Assembly (NCBI GenBank): GCA_051942205.1
Contig: JAVECO010000041.1
Span: 62,001 to 126,000, forward strand
Direction of reading: 5' to 3'
DNA from: Coniocarpon cinnabarinum
Lineage: Eukaryota
DNA length: 64,000 bases
Within the stretch, counting starts at the first letter, position 1. Every line of letters begins with the position of its first letter. The position numbers were made by a program, and so were the translations under genes. The notes below the pieces were generated by a model that worked only from the letters and a program-made list of their open reading frames with translations, had not been told where the DNA came from and did no database searches. Shown one piece after another: positions 46,813 to 60,087 of this stretch.

Positions 46813-49800
46813 TTTCGATGATGATGCTGCTGACTTGTGAAGAAGAATGAACAGGCTTAGATGAGTTGTTCAGAGACCAAAGAGCTACTTTTAGAGAACA
46901 AAATGACCGAAAGTGAAGCCTGGACCCATTGCGAAGAATAACATACTTATACATGAGCCTCAAACTGTCAATTCCCCACGCGCAACTAATTTTAGTGGCC
47001 AAGAAAGGATCACCGTTTGCCGCAGGCATTCTCAGCCCCAATGCGCGGGCAGCTCGTGTATGAATAAGGCGGAGCACAAAACGCCTTCGCTTGCTCGTGT
47101 TGGTATGCCTTGAGAATGCAGTCTCGGTCAGTCCCATTCTCCTCGCCAAGCTTGGGGGCCAGGCGAACGCTGGCCGTGGCGATGATGATGATGAAACATT
47201 ACTGGAGGTCAAATGTCACCAACTGTTTCAGAAGCAGTCCCTCGGGCAATGATCTTCATGGGGCAAGCAAACGGGCGGATTCCGTAGAGAGCACAAACAT
47301 TGGTTTGTTTCGGGACGGCCTTGCGGCAGCACCAAGGCTCATTGCGGCGGTGTTGCGTTGGGGGCCCGCGTGACGTTGATCCCTTGCGAATGTCCTCAGT
47401 ATTTTGAATGCAATGGTTCATATTGGAGACATGCCTGCCGGCGCATTGTACATGAACGGCTCGGAGGATCGAGCTGAGTATATGCTCGTTCAATGTTTGC
47501 AGCTGCTTTCATGGCAAATGTCAGCATACATGCCTGATTTGTCAGGCTTGCGGCAATATAGCGTTTGTTATCTTGCTGTTTCGTAGTGTTCGTCAATCTC
47601 ATGAAGCGGCACTTGCAGCAACATGGATCGACGACGACGCTGCTACAGGCTCTCCAAACGGGTCTAGACACTCCCAATACAGCACGAAATCCATTAGCAG
47701 TTGCACTTGTCTCATCTGAAGGATCTAACGACCGCAAGCGGCCGTACGTTCACGTCACGTTGGAGGCAAAAACCACTCCGTGGCGTTTCGCAGATAATTT
47801 ACCTACAAACGAGGCCATCTTCAATGCTACTGAGCGTCAGTGCGCCGCAACCGCGCCCGCAATGCAATGTGCGCTGCGTTGAAAAACCGTAGGAGGCGAT
47901 CACACGTCAACCACAAACCACGCCACTCTCATCACGCTTCAGAAGATTGTCCCAAGTCTTCCCCACTGAGATGCGTAGAATACTCCAAGACCGCATTTTC
48001 TCGACGGTTCGCATCCATGACGCTATTGTGAAACGTGAACCGAAACCGAGCCCTAGATGTTGCTCGCCATCAGCCCCTCTGTCGAACAGAAATCGCCGTG
48101 GCAAATGTGAAGGAGGAAGAGACTTACCATCCTTCATGCGTGACACGCACGTGTCGCCCATTTTCGCCAAACGATAGTGAGTCGAGTTTATGCTGTGCAA
48201 TTCCGCCGACGAGGTCTTTCCAGCCGGGCCCAACGTGCATCTTGAATGCCAAGTCTGATAACGCCGAATAATGGATGGTGAGTTCGTGATAGCGGAACGT
48301 GCTGCATAGCATAACAGGCACCTTGAAAAGCCCGTGGCTGTTGACCACGAGCGATGCGATGTGAAGCTGAGTCTTGAATCTGAAAGTGCGATATCTCTGC
48401 GTCGAGTGTACTGGGTAGGTGGTTCAGGATGAGGCTCCCACGGGTTCGACATACGAGTGAGTGTATTTATGCAAGGAAGGCACCCTGTAGCGACATCTAT
48501 AGAGAACAGGTTGACGTTGTGTGCAATCTGCAACCCTGACATGGTTGACTATGTGCCCTCATGGGCAAATAAAGTGGCTACTGCAAAGGCGCAATTTAGG
48601 CAAGTATCATTCGACGAGGGATCAAAGGGCAACAATAATATGTTGGTGCGACGAACAGTCTACTGATGATTCTGGCATGCGACCCGCGGGCATACCTGGG
48701 TTGATCTCAACTACAGAGCCCTTAAGCGAGCGTGTATTTTTCAGAGTGAGCTAGTTACGGAGTTTCTTATGTCTCACTCTTGCTGGAGACGCGAAGACTT
48801 GATATGGGCAAGTGCTGCAATGCAGCTTCTTGCAAATGGCATACAATGAATGGATGCTTAGGCAAGTTTGACGCGATGAGATAGCGTCACAGCCTCAAAG
48901 CAGTCAAGCAAGCAAAGCGACAAAGATGCGTCAACTTTGCATCAAGTAAATGCATGGATGCTTAATTTACCATCGACGGCACTACTCACTCGACCGACCT
49001 GCTGCAAATACTACCCACTCCTCTCCTCAAGACCACAAAGATATTCTCGAACCGCGCTTACCGATGATGCAGCCCCTAACTTCCAAGATACATTCTCTGC
49101 ATCTTAAACACGAATTTGAACGCTTTCCTCCTCCGCCGGAGGTTCGATCTACCCGTCCCAAGTCGCCATCCATGTTCCTTCGTCCCGGGCAGTCCATGCA
49201 AAAGATGTACACTGTGCTCAATTAACAAAATGTTTCAGAAAAGTCCATCGAACGCTAATAACACGCTCCGCACGCAAGGGTCCGCCCGTCGTCTTGCCGC
49301 GTCCGTTTCCGACGCTTCGCACGTCGGAACGAGACAGATGTTTGCAGCCGAGCGAAGCGTCAGTCCAAGCAGTCAACAACTCTGTGCTAAGACCTTGTGC
49401 AATGAAGTCAGAGTATAATCTCAGATGCCACGTACGCCTACGAAGCACCGACTTGTGTTGCTGCGAATAACTTCCTCCAGACGTGTGCGTCAGGTCACAC
49501 AGCATTCGCAAACTGCTAGACCTAGTGCATTATTGACGTGAGGATATAGCTGGTGCAGCTACGCTGTCTGGGTCAGCATCAGACATTACTCCCTCCACGC
49601 TACGCTGAAGGTTAAGCCGCGGCAAGTGACCAAGAGGACATCAGACGACCGCGATGCTGTCATGACACTTTGGCGCGGCGTGCGTTTCCCCACGATCGTT
49701 CCTGGCTCGTCATAAACTTAGCAGATACAATGTAGCCTATCCAAGCAAGGCTTGTTCCATCTTCGGACTAGTGGCTCGGCAATCGCCCCACGACGCACAT

Positions 49801-50242
49801 GTCGCGTGATGGCAACATGGCACACCGCCCTCCACTTGTCCAATCCTCCATCTTCATTTGCTGAAGCGGCTGCAGCCAAGCACCGTCACAAGTCACTAGC
49901 CATGCGCTCGGCCGATCTCACCGCTGCCAGCGCACGCCCGCTTCAAAACTGGGTCTGAATTCGCCCATGCGGGCAGTATGAGAGAGCGTGCACTCCCGAG
50001 GACTGCGACTTCGTCTTGTTCGCCCCGTCGCCCGCCCGCCAGCAACAACAACCACCTCCTCCTCCAGTCACCACAGCGAAGACTACCTGGAGTTGAGCGT
50101 CGCCCTCGGGACCGATACCTTTCCAGCGTCTGACACGAGTGCGACCATTTCCACGCCCAGTCAGCGACTCCTCCTCCAGTAGGAACAGACGAAATATCTG
50201 CTGTCAGCTTCTCCAGCCTTGGCTCGGGTCCCACACGCCGAC

Positions 50243-50443
50243 ATGTACAATCTCGTCGCTTGCCTCGTTCTGGCCTACATGGCGCTGTACGCTCTCGCCA
50301 TGCCCGTCCCGAACAGAGCCGAGATGATGCGGCCGCACTCGGTCTTTGAAAGTCAGCTCTCCACGCGATACTCCCACGACGCCGTTCAAAGGAGTATATA
50401 CCAGATTGCGGTGGAGAGATGTGGACCCGAGGGAGACTGTTAG
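50243..50443 (+). CDS. Possible small secreted peptide (66 aa; 3' end uncertain)
   Basis: MYNLVACLVLAYMALYALA-MPVP looks like a signal peptide with an AxA cleavage site. Confidence 0.4.
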   Translation: MYNLVACLVLAYMALYALAMPVPNRAEMMRPHSVFESQLSTRYSHDAVQRSIYQIAVERCGPEGDC

Positions 50444-51367
50444 GATGTGGTGAGAGCATCTCATCGCATCTTCAACACATGTCGGGTTTGACGGCATGAA
50501 GAAGTGGGTGGTGGTTGAGATGAGATCCAACGCCAAGACGACATGGATGCAGATTTTGATGAATGTTTCGGAGAAGACGAGACGATGGACAGGATACGCG
50601 ACTACGAAGAGATGCAGCACGCTCGTTACGATTTGTTCATGATACCCGGTAGCAGCACGACACTCGCTGTGAGCTACCAGAGAGATACCCCGCTCGCACC
50701 CATATCCATATTCACCAACGCCCACCATCAGCACAACTTTCGCTCGGGTTCAACGCCTTCAAAAGAAATGTCCATCACACACCACGTTCCACCGGGCCCT
50801 TGGCACTGGCATTATACGGCTGACCGGCTCCTACAGTATTGCCAAGTCGCACGAACCGCATTCCGCACCTGCAGGGCCCAGCCCCCTCCAGTATTGAAAT
50901 AGGCAAATATGCTGCAGGTACTGCCCTCGTTGCGGCAATCCCTTTACGCAATGGAAATTCCTTGGACCTTCTCGCGCTTCTCTTTGTGGTACAGCCTGCT
51001 CGCTTACACTACTCGCTGTGCATGTCCAATGAATGCCAGCATTGGGTCTGCGCTCTTTGATGCCCTTCTTCGCCTGTCAGCTTATTTCGCGTGTTTCTGC
51101 TTGATTCATTGATTGACGCCTGCCTATGTGCTGACGTTCGGACAGTTTTTCCTGGGGTAAGGCATCCATGCTTTCCAAGGCTTCTGGACCTTTATATAGA
51201 CTTTTCCCTCTGCAGGTCGTGGCTTCCGTTTCCCTTGGTTATATCAAAGCTTCCCGTGCCCAGTGTCCATAAACTTTCTTTTCATCCCTTTCGTCTCCTC
51301 GAGCTTCAAAAAAGGCAGTATTCTCTTGAAAATTGATTTATCTCTTCACTGAGCAATAAGAGTCGAG

Positions 51368-52605
51368 ATGGTCCTCACAAAGACTATTGCGACTGTCGTC
51401 GCTCTCATCAGTACTATCAATGCATCGTAAGCACCCTTCAACCTCTTCTTAGCCTCCTCCTACGCTTCTATCCCTCCCTTGCTACGCCAAGGCTCTCATC
51501 TATCCTCCACATCACATACCCATACCCATTGACATCACACTCGCACCCACGTTCACATCTACATCCCTAACCTCATACCCGTCCACGTTACCGTCTCCGC
51601 CAGGGCTTTGGAAGAACGGACGTCCCGCACCAGAAAATAACGCCTCACATGGCTTCGAGGACTTTCGCCATGTCCTTATAGCCCAGTGACCCGCAACGCC
51701 CGCGTCCTTGAACGCTCATTGCCTCAACGAGAATCTGGCAGTGACGTCGATCCATGTTCCCAGCCGTGTCCACCCACATTGACATTCCCAACCCCATCAC
51801 CATCCACATACCTATTCCCATCCCCATCCCCATCTCCAACTGCGCGCTTACCTTTCACCGCCTGCTGTGAATGATCCACTAATCAACACAGCGACCTTCT
51901 CCCGCGCCAAGGCCCCCGTGAAGCAGCGTGTAGTTGCTACACCTCCACCACTTCCCTCAGTCCCAAAAACTGCCCAACCTACAGCTGTCCCGCCGAGCCT
52001 CAATGTCTCGTTCTCCCCACCGAGACCAAGTACATTCCCCCGCGCGTCACCAACCACGAGGGCGTCTGTGCCAAGACCCCAACTGTGACGGTTACGGGAA
52101 CTTGTTCTACGTGTCGGACGGAGTGTCCGACCACGACTACGAGTGTCACTGGTTGCTTCACGGCGCAGGTATGTCTATTTACTTTTGCTTCTTCGTTATG
52201 CTTTTTTCTCTCGTGATACCTGCATGACAACCACACCGACGACATTCCGACGATTATTGGCGTCATCTCCACTGTCGCCCCATCTCTCACATCTCGTTTC
52301 ATTCAACGTCTTCTCTTCTCTTCTCTTTCGGCTCTTTGAGTTCTCGCTTCGAGCTCTCTCGCTGCTGGGTACAAAGACGAAAGCTAACGATGTAGACCAC
52401 CACCACGCCCAAAACTTGTAAACCCACGCCAACCGACTGCATCGTCCCCCTCTGCATTGAAGAGATCACGTCAACCCTCCCACCGGCATGGTGCGCCTGT
52501 CCGACCACTAAAACAAAAACGAGTACGCTCCCGTGCGCGACGGGATGTCCAGGTGGTTGCAAGCGGACGACGACAACGGTCACGGCAAGTGCCAAGGGTT
52601 ATTGA
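51368..52605 (+). CDS. Secreted Cys/Thr-rich protein with two tandem Cys modules (181 aa); exons 51368..51426, 51892..52168, 52396..52605
   Basis: Signal peptide MVLTKTIATVVALISTINA-S. Introns GTAAGC...ACTAAT...CAG and GTATGT...GCTAAC...TAG give a continuous 546-nt frame. Confidence 0.8.
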
Positions 52606-53321
52606 TTTGAGGCGTTGAGGCAGGAGTATTGATGCAGGGGTGCCAAGGAAGGCGGTCAAACGCATGCGACGGTCGAGACGTAGCCTCGAGACGTAGCGGA
52701 AAACGTTGGAAGAGGTGATTGGAAACGATTACGTGGAGGTGATGTCGTATTCTTTCGACGCGAGCAAGAGGTGAAGAGGTAGATGGAGTTGGAGCGACGT
52801 TGATCCAAGTGGCTGCAAAGCCGGCATTGAATGCGATATGAACTCCCGGTGACTCCATCATATTGATGTTCCGAAGCGCAACGCAAAGCGGGTGCTTTTT
52901 GATCAGTAAGACGACCACGCATTAGCCATTTTTCGAAGCAAGGCACAGTACGAATTGCTCATGTGCAATGCTCTGCGCAACAAAGACTTTCTTGCTTGTG
53001 ATGTGTGCTTTTTGATGGCACGGCCATGTATTAATTGCTTGCAGCGTAGCTTAGCATCCGCTGGTCATCATACCTACAACGTATAGCCCCCGTATACTTG
53101 CCACAAGCATATCGGTCACTCCCTGCGACAGTGCATGCCTATCCCTTTCCCGCGCTTTCTTCGCATTGTCCCCTCTCTAGAGTCCCCCGATATGCCCGAA
53201 ATGAAGTAACCTCCGAAAACACTTCTATATTCCCCTCCGAACTCCACAAATGCTCGCTCATGCTTGTTCGCCGCCGTGTATGCACCCACCTGTCACATAG
53301 GATGCCGCATCGTCTCGACGA

Positions 53322-56300
53322 TCAGTTCCAGATACCATCTTCCGGCTCTTCATTCAATCGTCTCCCAGCAGTCGAGCTCTTCCTTTTCTCCAACCTCGGC
53401 CGCCCTCGCTTCCGTCCACTCGGCGTACTCGCCGTGCTGCCGCTCTCACTCCGCCGCCGCTTCCCTGGCTTCGCAAAGCTTCCGCTGGGTGGCAGACTCG
53501 GTGTTCGTGCCTCGTTACTCGTGTTGTCCCTCTCCGGCGTGCCTGCGGCATCTCTTTCGTCACTTGAGTTGACCACACGTGCTTCATGATCCACGGACAG
53601 CAGATCCATGAAGGATTTGCAAGTGTCTCGCATAGCTTCCTCGCTTCCGAGGATGTTGACGGCCTCGGTTGTCTTCAAGAATGCTTCTTCGACCTTCGGT
53701 GCGTGCGGTGATTTTATAGGAGCCTTCGTGGTATCTTTCGGAAAGCGCTTGTCCGCTTTGCTAGGAGCGGAGGAGATGTTGGTGTACAGTTGGCGGAGAT
53801 GACACCGTGTGCGCCAGAGAAGGGTGAGCAGCGCCGCAACGAGTGCCAGGACGGATAATTTCTCCGCGTTAGGTAAGCCCTCCACTTGTGGTTGGAGTAA
53901 TGGTTCGAGGCGCTGAGAAAGCGCATTACCGGTCGTGCTGAAGATAGTTTCGAGGGTGGAGCAGATCGCCACCACTTCCTCGACGCGGGTGTAGATTCCG
54001 AAAGCGATGTTCTGACATACAAACCTCGCAAAAAGGAGGTGTGCTTCGACGTTCGGAAATTGATCCAGTTTGGCAACATTGACGTCGAGGCGTTTGCAAA
54101 GATTGGGGAAGAGCTTCTTACGCGTGCTGACTGAAGCAGACTTAAGAACTTCGAAGAACGGCCCGAGCTTGGGCGAGATGGTGGGTTCAAGGAACAGGCC
54201 AATGCTATCCTGAATAGCGTCGCGTTGGTATGAGTATGCTTGCTCAACAGCTTTCACGTATTCCTTCTCGAGAATACTTTCGTGCTTCGAGTGAAGATTC
54301 ATGTGCTCCTCAAAAGCTGCTTTGGCGATTGCTGGGTTTGATGATGTCTCCAGAGCGACGAGGATGCAGCCAGTCTGCCTTGGGTGGACGACTCCTTGCC
54401 GGCTCGTGCTGCATATCAGCTCTGTCGCAGCAAAGGCAACGTCATTTACTTGTCGTAAAGCGATACGCTCGATATCGTCAAAGAACCGAGATGCGAGCTG
54501 CATGCCAGCTTTGTCTTTGTCGCTTGATACCATTGAAGATCCAAATTTCTCAATAGTGTTGTTGTCCGTACTGACCCCGTCAGTCTGAGTTGCTGGCGGC
54601 TTGCTTTGCCCTTCGCTCGCTTTGAAAAAATCACGCATGCCACAGACGACGACTTTTTCAAGATCCTCATTGCCGCTGCGCAAGGCGTTCTCAAGTAGCT
54701 TCAAGACTTCTTCTTTCATGTAGATGTCTGGCCATGACAGCCCGATCAAACAGATGCTTTCCAAAACACTTCGACGAACTTCTGAAGGAATGTCTGCTCC
54801 CACCGATGAAAGCAAGACCTGCACCTGTAAGTCGTACACGTGCTCTCCCGACCACCACGGGAACGACTCCCGAAACTTAGCAGCAAATGGATCGAGGTTC
54901 CAGCACCTGCCAAAATGACCGATCATTTTGATCAGTTTAGCGGTATTGTTCGCTGGCCCGTTTCGATTTTTTTCAAGCATCCTGAGAACCTGCAGAGAGG
55001 TACTGAACAGCTTTGACTTGTTGTTCAGCACACGCTGCATGGCCCAAAGACAGTCTGTGACATCAGCCATGAGATCAGACGATGGTATCTTGCTCAAATT
55101 ACTAATCATATTCGTCTGCATCTGACTGACAAAGTCATGTTCGGTCATCATGAAACAAGGCATTGCCGCGTGATATATTTGTGCGACTGGCTTGTACAGA
55201 CGCAAGTCTGCTCCGGTCTTCAATGTCGAGGTGTAAGTTTCGAGCATTTTGAGCTGGTCTAAAGATAGTAGCTCAGGCTGGGCACGGGTAAGGACTGATA
55301 GCAGTGCGAGAATGTTTGCTCTGGCATCTACGCTTCGTTGTTGATCGTTCTCGATGAAATTGTCAAAGGCCGCACTCGCGATTGCACGGCAGACGCCCCG
55401 ATTAGTTGCAGCTTTCGGATGTTTGAACGATAACAGCGCGCGGAAGAATGGCTCAAAAGCTTGCAGCACGTTTTCGCTTTGCTCTGCGATTGCCACTAGC
55501 TGTGATGCATGGCGGTTCAAATCTTGCTGCACAGTCAAAGAGACATTGTTTCCACTGATGATTGGATAAGGCTCGATCCAGATCTCTTCCAGAGTCTGCC
55601 GCGCAAGGTCTGTCACCGAGTCTTCTTCATCATTCATGCGCCTCAAAAATGCGGTAGCGATGAGCACTCGACATTGATCCTCTTTGTTCCTCACATATGC
55701 ATCCTTGAGTTGTCGAATTGCGCGCTTTCGGATGCCTGTGGTCGGATCAGCAGTCAAGGTAATCATGGTCTGCAAAAACTCCAGTTCAACTTGCGGCCTG
55801 AAAGCGATGCATTTCCCCATTAGCTGCAACGAGGCATCACGAACCATGGTTGATGAATCGGAGGCGGCGTTGCTGATATGTTTTATGAAGCTGGTGTTCG
55901 AGTCAAGCATTGACGGATCTTTCTCGAGGATTTGAATGACGCTCTTTAAACCGCGACTGCGTGTAGTGGCATGTGGACTTGCCAATGAGCGAAGCAAAAT
56001 ATTCGAAAGGCGTACGATGGCTCTGCAAAATGTCATTTGCAACGTCAGAAGCGCATATGCGGTGCGGGCAACAAATGTAGGAACCTGTTCGAAGTTGCCA
56101 TGCATCAGTTGGGACTGATCTTCAATCTGTGACAGCAGCCAGCTAGCAAGCGCATCTGATGGTTGCGAGTCCGTAAATGGATCCTTTTCCTCTGTTCGAG
56201 GAGTGGCAGGACTATGACCACGATTTAAGAGACTTTGAGACCATTGCAGAAGCTGATAATTTCGAACATTTTGTAATTGTACGTCATCGTTACTGCGCAG

Positions 56301-58933
56301 ACCAAGGTAATCAGTAGTAAGCCTGTACGGACCGTTCAGGGACATCAAGTCTGCCTCGCTATGCTGATTCTCGTGATATTTCCAACACAATGCAGCAAGT
56401 TTGTGCGCTTGTGGGTCGTCGCTAGCCGTCAAGCTCGAGCAAAGATGGACAAAATGAGTCTTGAGATCTGCGATGCTGGATCCCATGACACCCATTAGGT
56501 CCAAGGCCATGTTCTTAGCGGGTGCACCAGTCTTGTCGCCTTCAGCTACTCCGATGAGGTTTCGAAGCAGACATTGAAGGATCAGCTCGGCCGCTGGCCA
56601 GTCGGTGTGACCGAGCACGCTGACAAAATCTTCTGTGAAGATGTCGAGTAGATTTCGATAAGGCTCGTCACCAGTCTTGCTCGATTTTAAAGCTCGTGCA
56701 ACGAGATAATGCGCGACGTGATTGGCTGTATTTTGAACGTTCGACCACATCGGCTTGCTGATGACGGTCAGAGCGGTGACGGGATCCTTACTTGCACGTG
56801 CGGATTCTATATTCACTGGCTCCGTTTTCACTGCAGGTTTACGCTTTTTTGGGCTGACTTCAGACTCAGAATCTTCTTCACTTTGGCTTGACTCTCCTTC
56901 AGGTCTTGCGTTAAACCTAGAACGGTGCTGCTTCACTGGAATGTAAGTCGCAGTGGTTTGAACAAGCTGCATAATCAATGCTGATACAAGTTGAATGGGT
57001 TTGCTGTCAATCACTTTAAAATGTCTTGCCGACTGTCGAGCAACTGGTAGCTTCTCAAGTGATGATAGGATCTCATCAAGAATCGACTTCCTCAAACTAG
57101 GAGTCCGGAGGAAAACCCGAGCCAGGCAGTCCATTGCATTGCGTCGTAATGTCTCAAATCTCTGCACGCCTAGGATGGATTCCTTGTCATTTGAAGCATT
57201 CGTCACAAAGATCAGGCTCGTGCACGTGAAATCAATTGTGGTCACTGCCGCCTCAGACAGCTCTGAAGTAAGCAGTAATTCGCCAAGCAGCTTCAAAATG
57301 CGACTGCCACGTTGCATGATAGTTTCCAGCGGCTTGGTGAGCGTTTTGTCGGCAGCAATGGCTCGTGCGACATCAGACGTTGCTTTAGTTTCAACGATTG
57401 GTATGATGCATCCATCGACAACTTGTCTAATAGATTTGGTCAAGCGCTGAAGTAGCCCTTCTGAAAATAGCTCTTTGTCGGCACGTCCAGCTGTCATAGT
57501 CCTCAGAAGGGGTCTAACGGCACTTGTTATGTGCTCTGAAGTGTTGACCAAAGTCGTGAATTTCTGCATGGAATCGTCCGATGTGTCCTGTGGAAATATA
57601 GAGTCATCATCAGCCTTTGAATCAATTACTTTTGCACAAAGCCTTTGCAAACGCAACAGCGACTCTACGGGCGCTTGCGTGACCTGTTTCATGCTGACCG
57701 CTTTGGCAAGAGCACTATCTATGTTTGACAGGGTCACGCTGTTTACGACAAAGCCGTTCCCATCAGGCATTTGCTCGAAGTGTTGCCACGCGTGCTGTGA
57801 AGTAGAGGCTTCCAGTTCTAATCGATCTTCAGCGTCAGTCACAGGCGCGAGCACCTGCTCGAATGCACTCAAGGTTGCTTCAGCACGCGCTTTTTGATCA
57901 ACGTCGACACTGCGCAAGACCTCATTCGCTCTTTGTGACGCTTTGCTGGCAGCTTCTTCGCGTTTGATCTTCGTTTCTTGCATTTGACGAAGAAGTTCCT
58001 CATCTGCACGCGGATCCCGGGGTAGATAATGACCAACATCTCTCGAAGGTGGTGGTACCATTACCATGGGTGTGCTTGTAGAGGATTTCACACTTGGACT
58101 GCCAGAGGGCGTGAGAGGTGCTTGAGGTGGAGGTGCTTGAGAGTCTTTGAAAGCAGCATGTTGGTTGGCATATTGCGGAGTGAGATGTGCGGATGTGCGG
58201 CGAATCTTCTGTGGTGATGGATCACGAACTGTAGGCGACGTCTTTCTTGAATGAGGCGTAGGGTCTATTAGCTTTTGTTAGCATCTGCAATGTGACGGGG
58301 CAGCAGGAGACGTCTCCTTTTCACGCACATCGGAACGAGGCATGAAACGCCCCTGTGTCCATGAGCCTTCCAGCAAAGGCGCCGATTCTAGGCGCAGTGG
58401 GATGTCTGTAATTGGCGGTGCCCCCAGTTGTCGAAGTTTGTGAGGGCGTTGAGGTCTGGGAGGGCGAGAATGACGGCGGCGCGAAGTTGCTATATACGTT
58501 ATCATTAGAGGATGAAACCAGCCAGTGTCAATGAACTTACTATTGGGTATATTGCTCCGACGTCAGCAACCAGCGCAGGTCTTGAAGGGTGGCCGACATG
58601 TCTTGGCTCTCGCGAGGATTTTGGGGTTGCTGGACGGTGCGATCCAGATGCTGGAGATGGGCCTTTCCAGAGGCATGCTCATGACTGCTGAGCACATCAG
58701 TGGAGAGAGTAGAAGGCACTGCTTGGGGAAGAGGTATCGTCTCTAAACAATTGTTAGGTGAAATCCGGATGGCACAGCAGCTTGAACCTACCCGGATCGA
58801 AGGGATTGATTGACGTCAAGGGAGTCCTTTGGAGTGCCTCGTCTAGCCCAGAGACCTTTTCTCGCGTACGACCTGCTGAACTGCGGACTCCATCCAATTC
58901 CCCACAGTTTGCGACAGCGGCGGGGGAATTCAT
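53322..58933 (-). CDS. SCC2: Cohesin loader Scc2/Mis4/NIPBL; introns 58743..58791, 58490..58540, 58265..58328
   Basis: ILDEILSSLEKLP, PIQLVSALIMQLVQ, EPYRNLLDIFTEDF...DWPAAEL, HEAT repeats, RQGVVHP...LVALETS. The three 5' introns join the frames consistently. Confidence 0.95.
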
Positions 58934-59223
58934 TGTAGCAAGATGGTACACTCTACACCCCCCAGTAAGAGAAGAACGAAAGATGATACAGGGCTACTCT
59001 GAGTGTTTCCATTACTCCTGAATGTCTGTCTAATTGTACAAACAGCCAGACAAGGCAAATGCACTATATCAGAAATAAGTTGTTGACGTTTGGCCGCACT
59101 TGCCTCCGCAATTCTATGAAAGTCTTGGCTGCATGACTCGTGCCTTGCATCTACCTTGATACATTCGCAAAGGACCTGCCAGCGTCTGTGCAAATTCCCA
59201 GAACACGCCGCGCGTCCTCTCAA

Positions 59224-59653
59224 ATGACTGCGATCGGCTCTTTGATGTTTTGCGACGATTGCGGAGAGCTTTTGGACGCCAATCCGAGCTCAGAGAACGC
59301 GCTTTTGACTTGCGCCGTTTGCGGATCAAAATGGCCAGGTGCGACCATCTTGGCTACCACTGTTGCCGAATGAACTCAAGACTCACCCAACTGCAGACAA
59401 GTCGGCGAAGAGGACAGTCACTAAATCCAAGCCATCAGACTTTCCCTCCGCCATACGCGCCAAACGGTCCCAAATCCAGACCCTGGATCCGAACGATGCG
59501 AACGCTCAAGCTGCGACCACTACCATGTGTCCAGGTTGCAATGAAGAGACTGAAGTCAGATACTACGAGAAGCAGACGCGAAGTGCTGATGAAGGTTCAA
59601 CCGTTTTCTATACGTGCACGGTGTGCGGGAAGAAGTGGAATACGAATAATTAG
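59224..59653 (+). CDS. RPA12: RNA polymerase I subunit A12.2; intron 59339..59396
   Basis: MTAIGSLMFCDDCGELL, CAVC, CPGC, QTRSADEGSTVFYTCTVCG. Confidence 0.95.
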
Positions 59654-60087
59654 TTTTTGGACAGCAAGCCTCCTGGATCGAAGCCGTCGCCCGATTCTAC
59701 GACTACTTAGGTAGTCTGATAGGCGTACAAGGCGCAATTGTATGCAAAGAGCCGTTAGTGCACGGATTCGAGCGATAATGCGAGGAGCGTGACGACGGAA
59801 GCTCCTTGCACCTCAGAAAGATTATATTGCAGCGAAAACTTTCGTCGAAGACCACTCATAGGACCGACCACCCCCGATAGCGCGCATTATCCAGATTGCG
59901 GTGGCTACAGATGGGTAGCAACGCAGCAAGAAGGCTCCGCACGACTTCGAAAATCGCGAAAAGCTTAGCAATAAAACTAGAGTCATCAATGCGGAGGGAA
60001 GATTGGCCAGGGACCACGCGGCGAAAGACTTGCTAAGCGGGTTTCCACATTCTGCCACGGCACGGAATCGTCTGCCAGGCGAGGATG

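Noticed and set aside
47907..49511. 211-aa minus-strand ORF and neighbouring short ORFs
   Set aside because: Random-looking composition, no recognisable domain and no consistent exon model.
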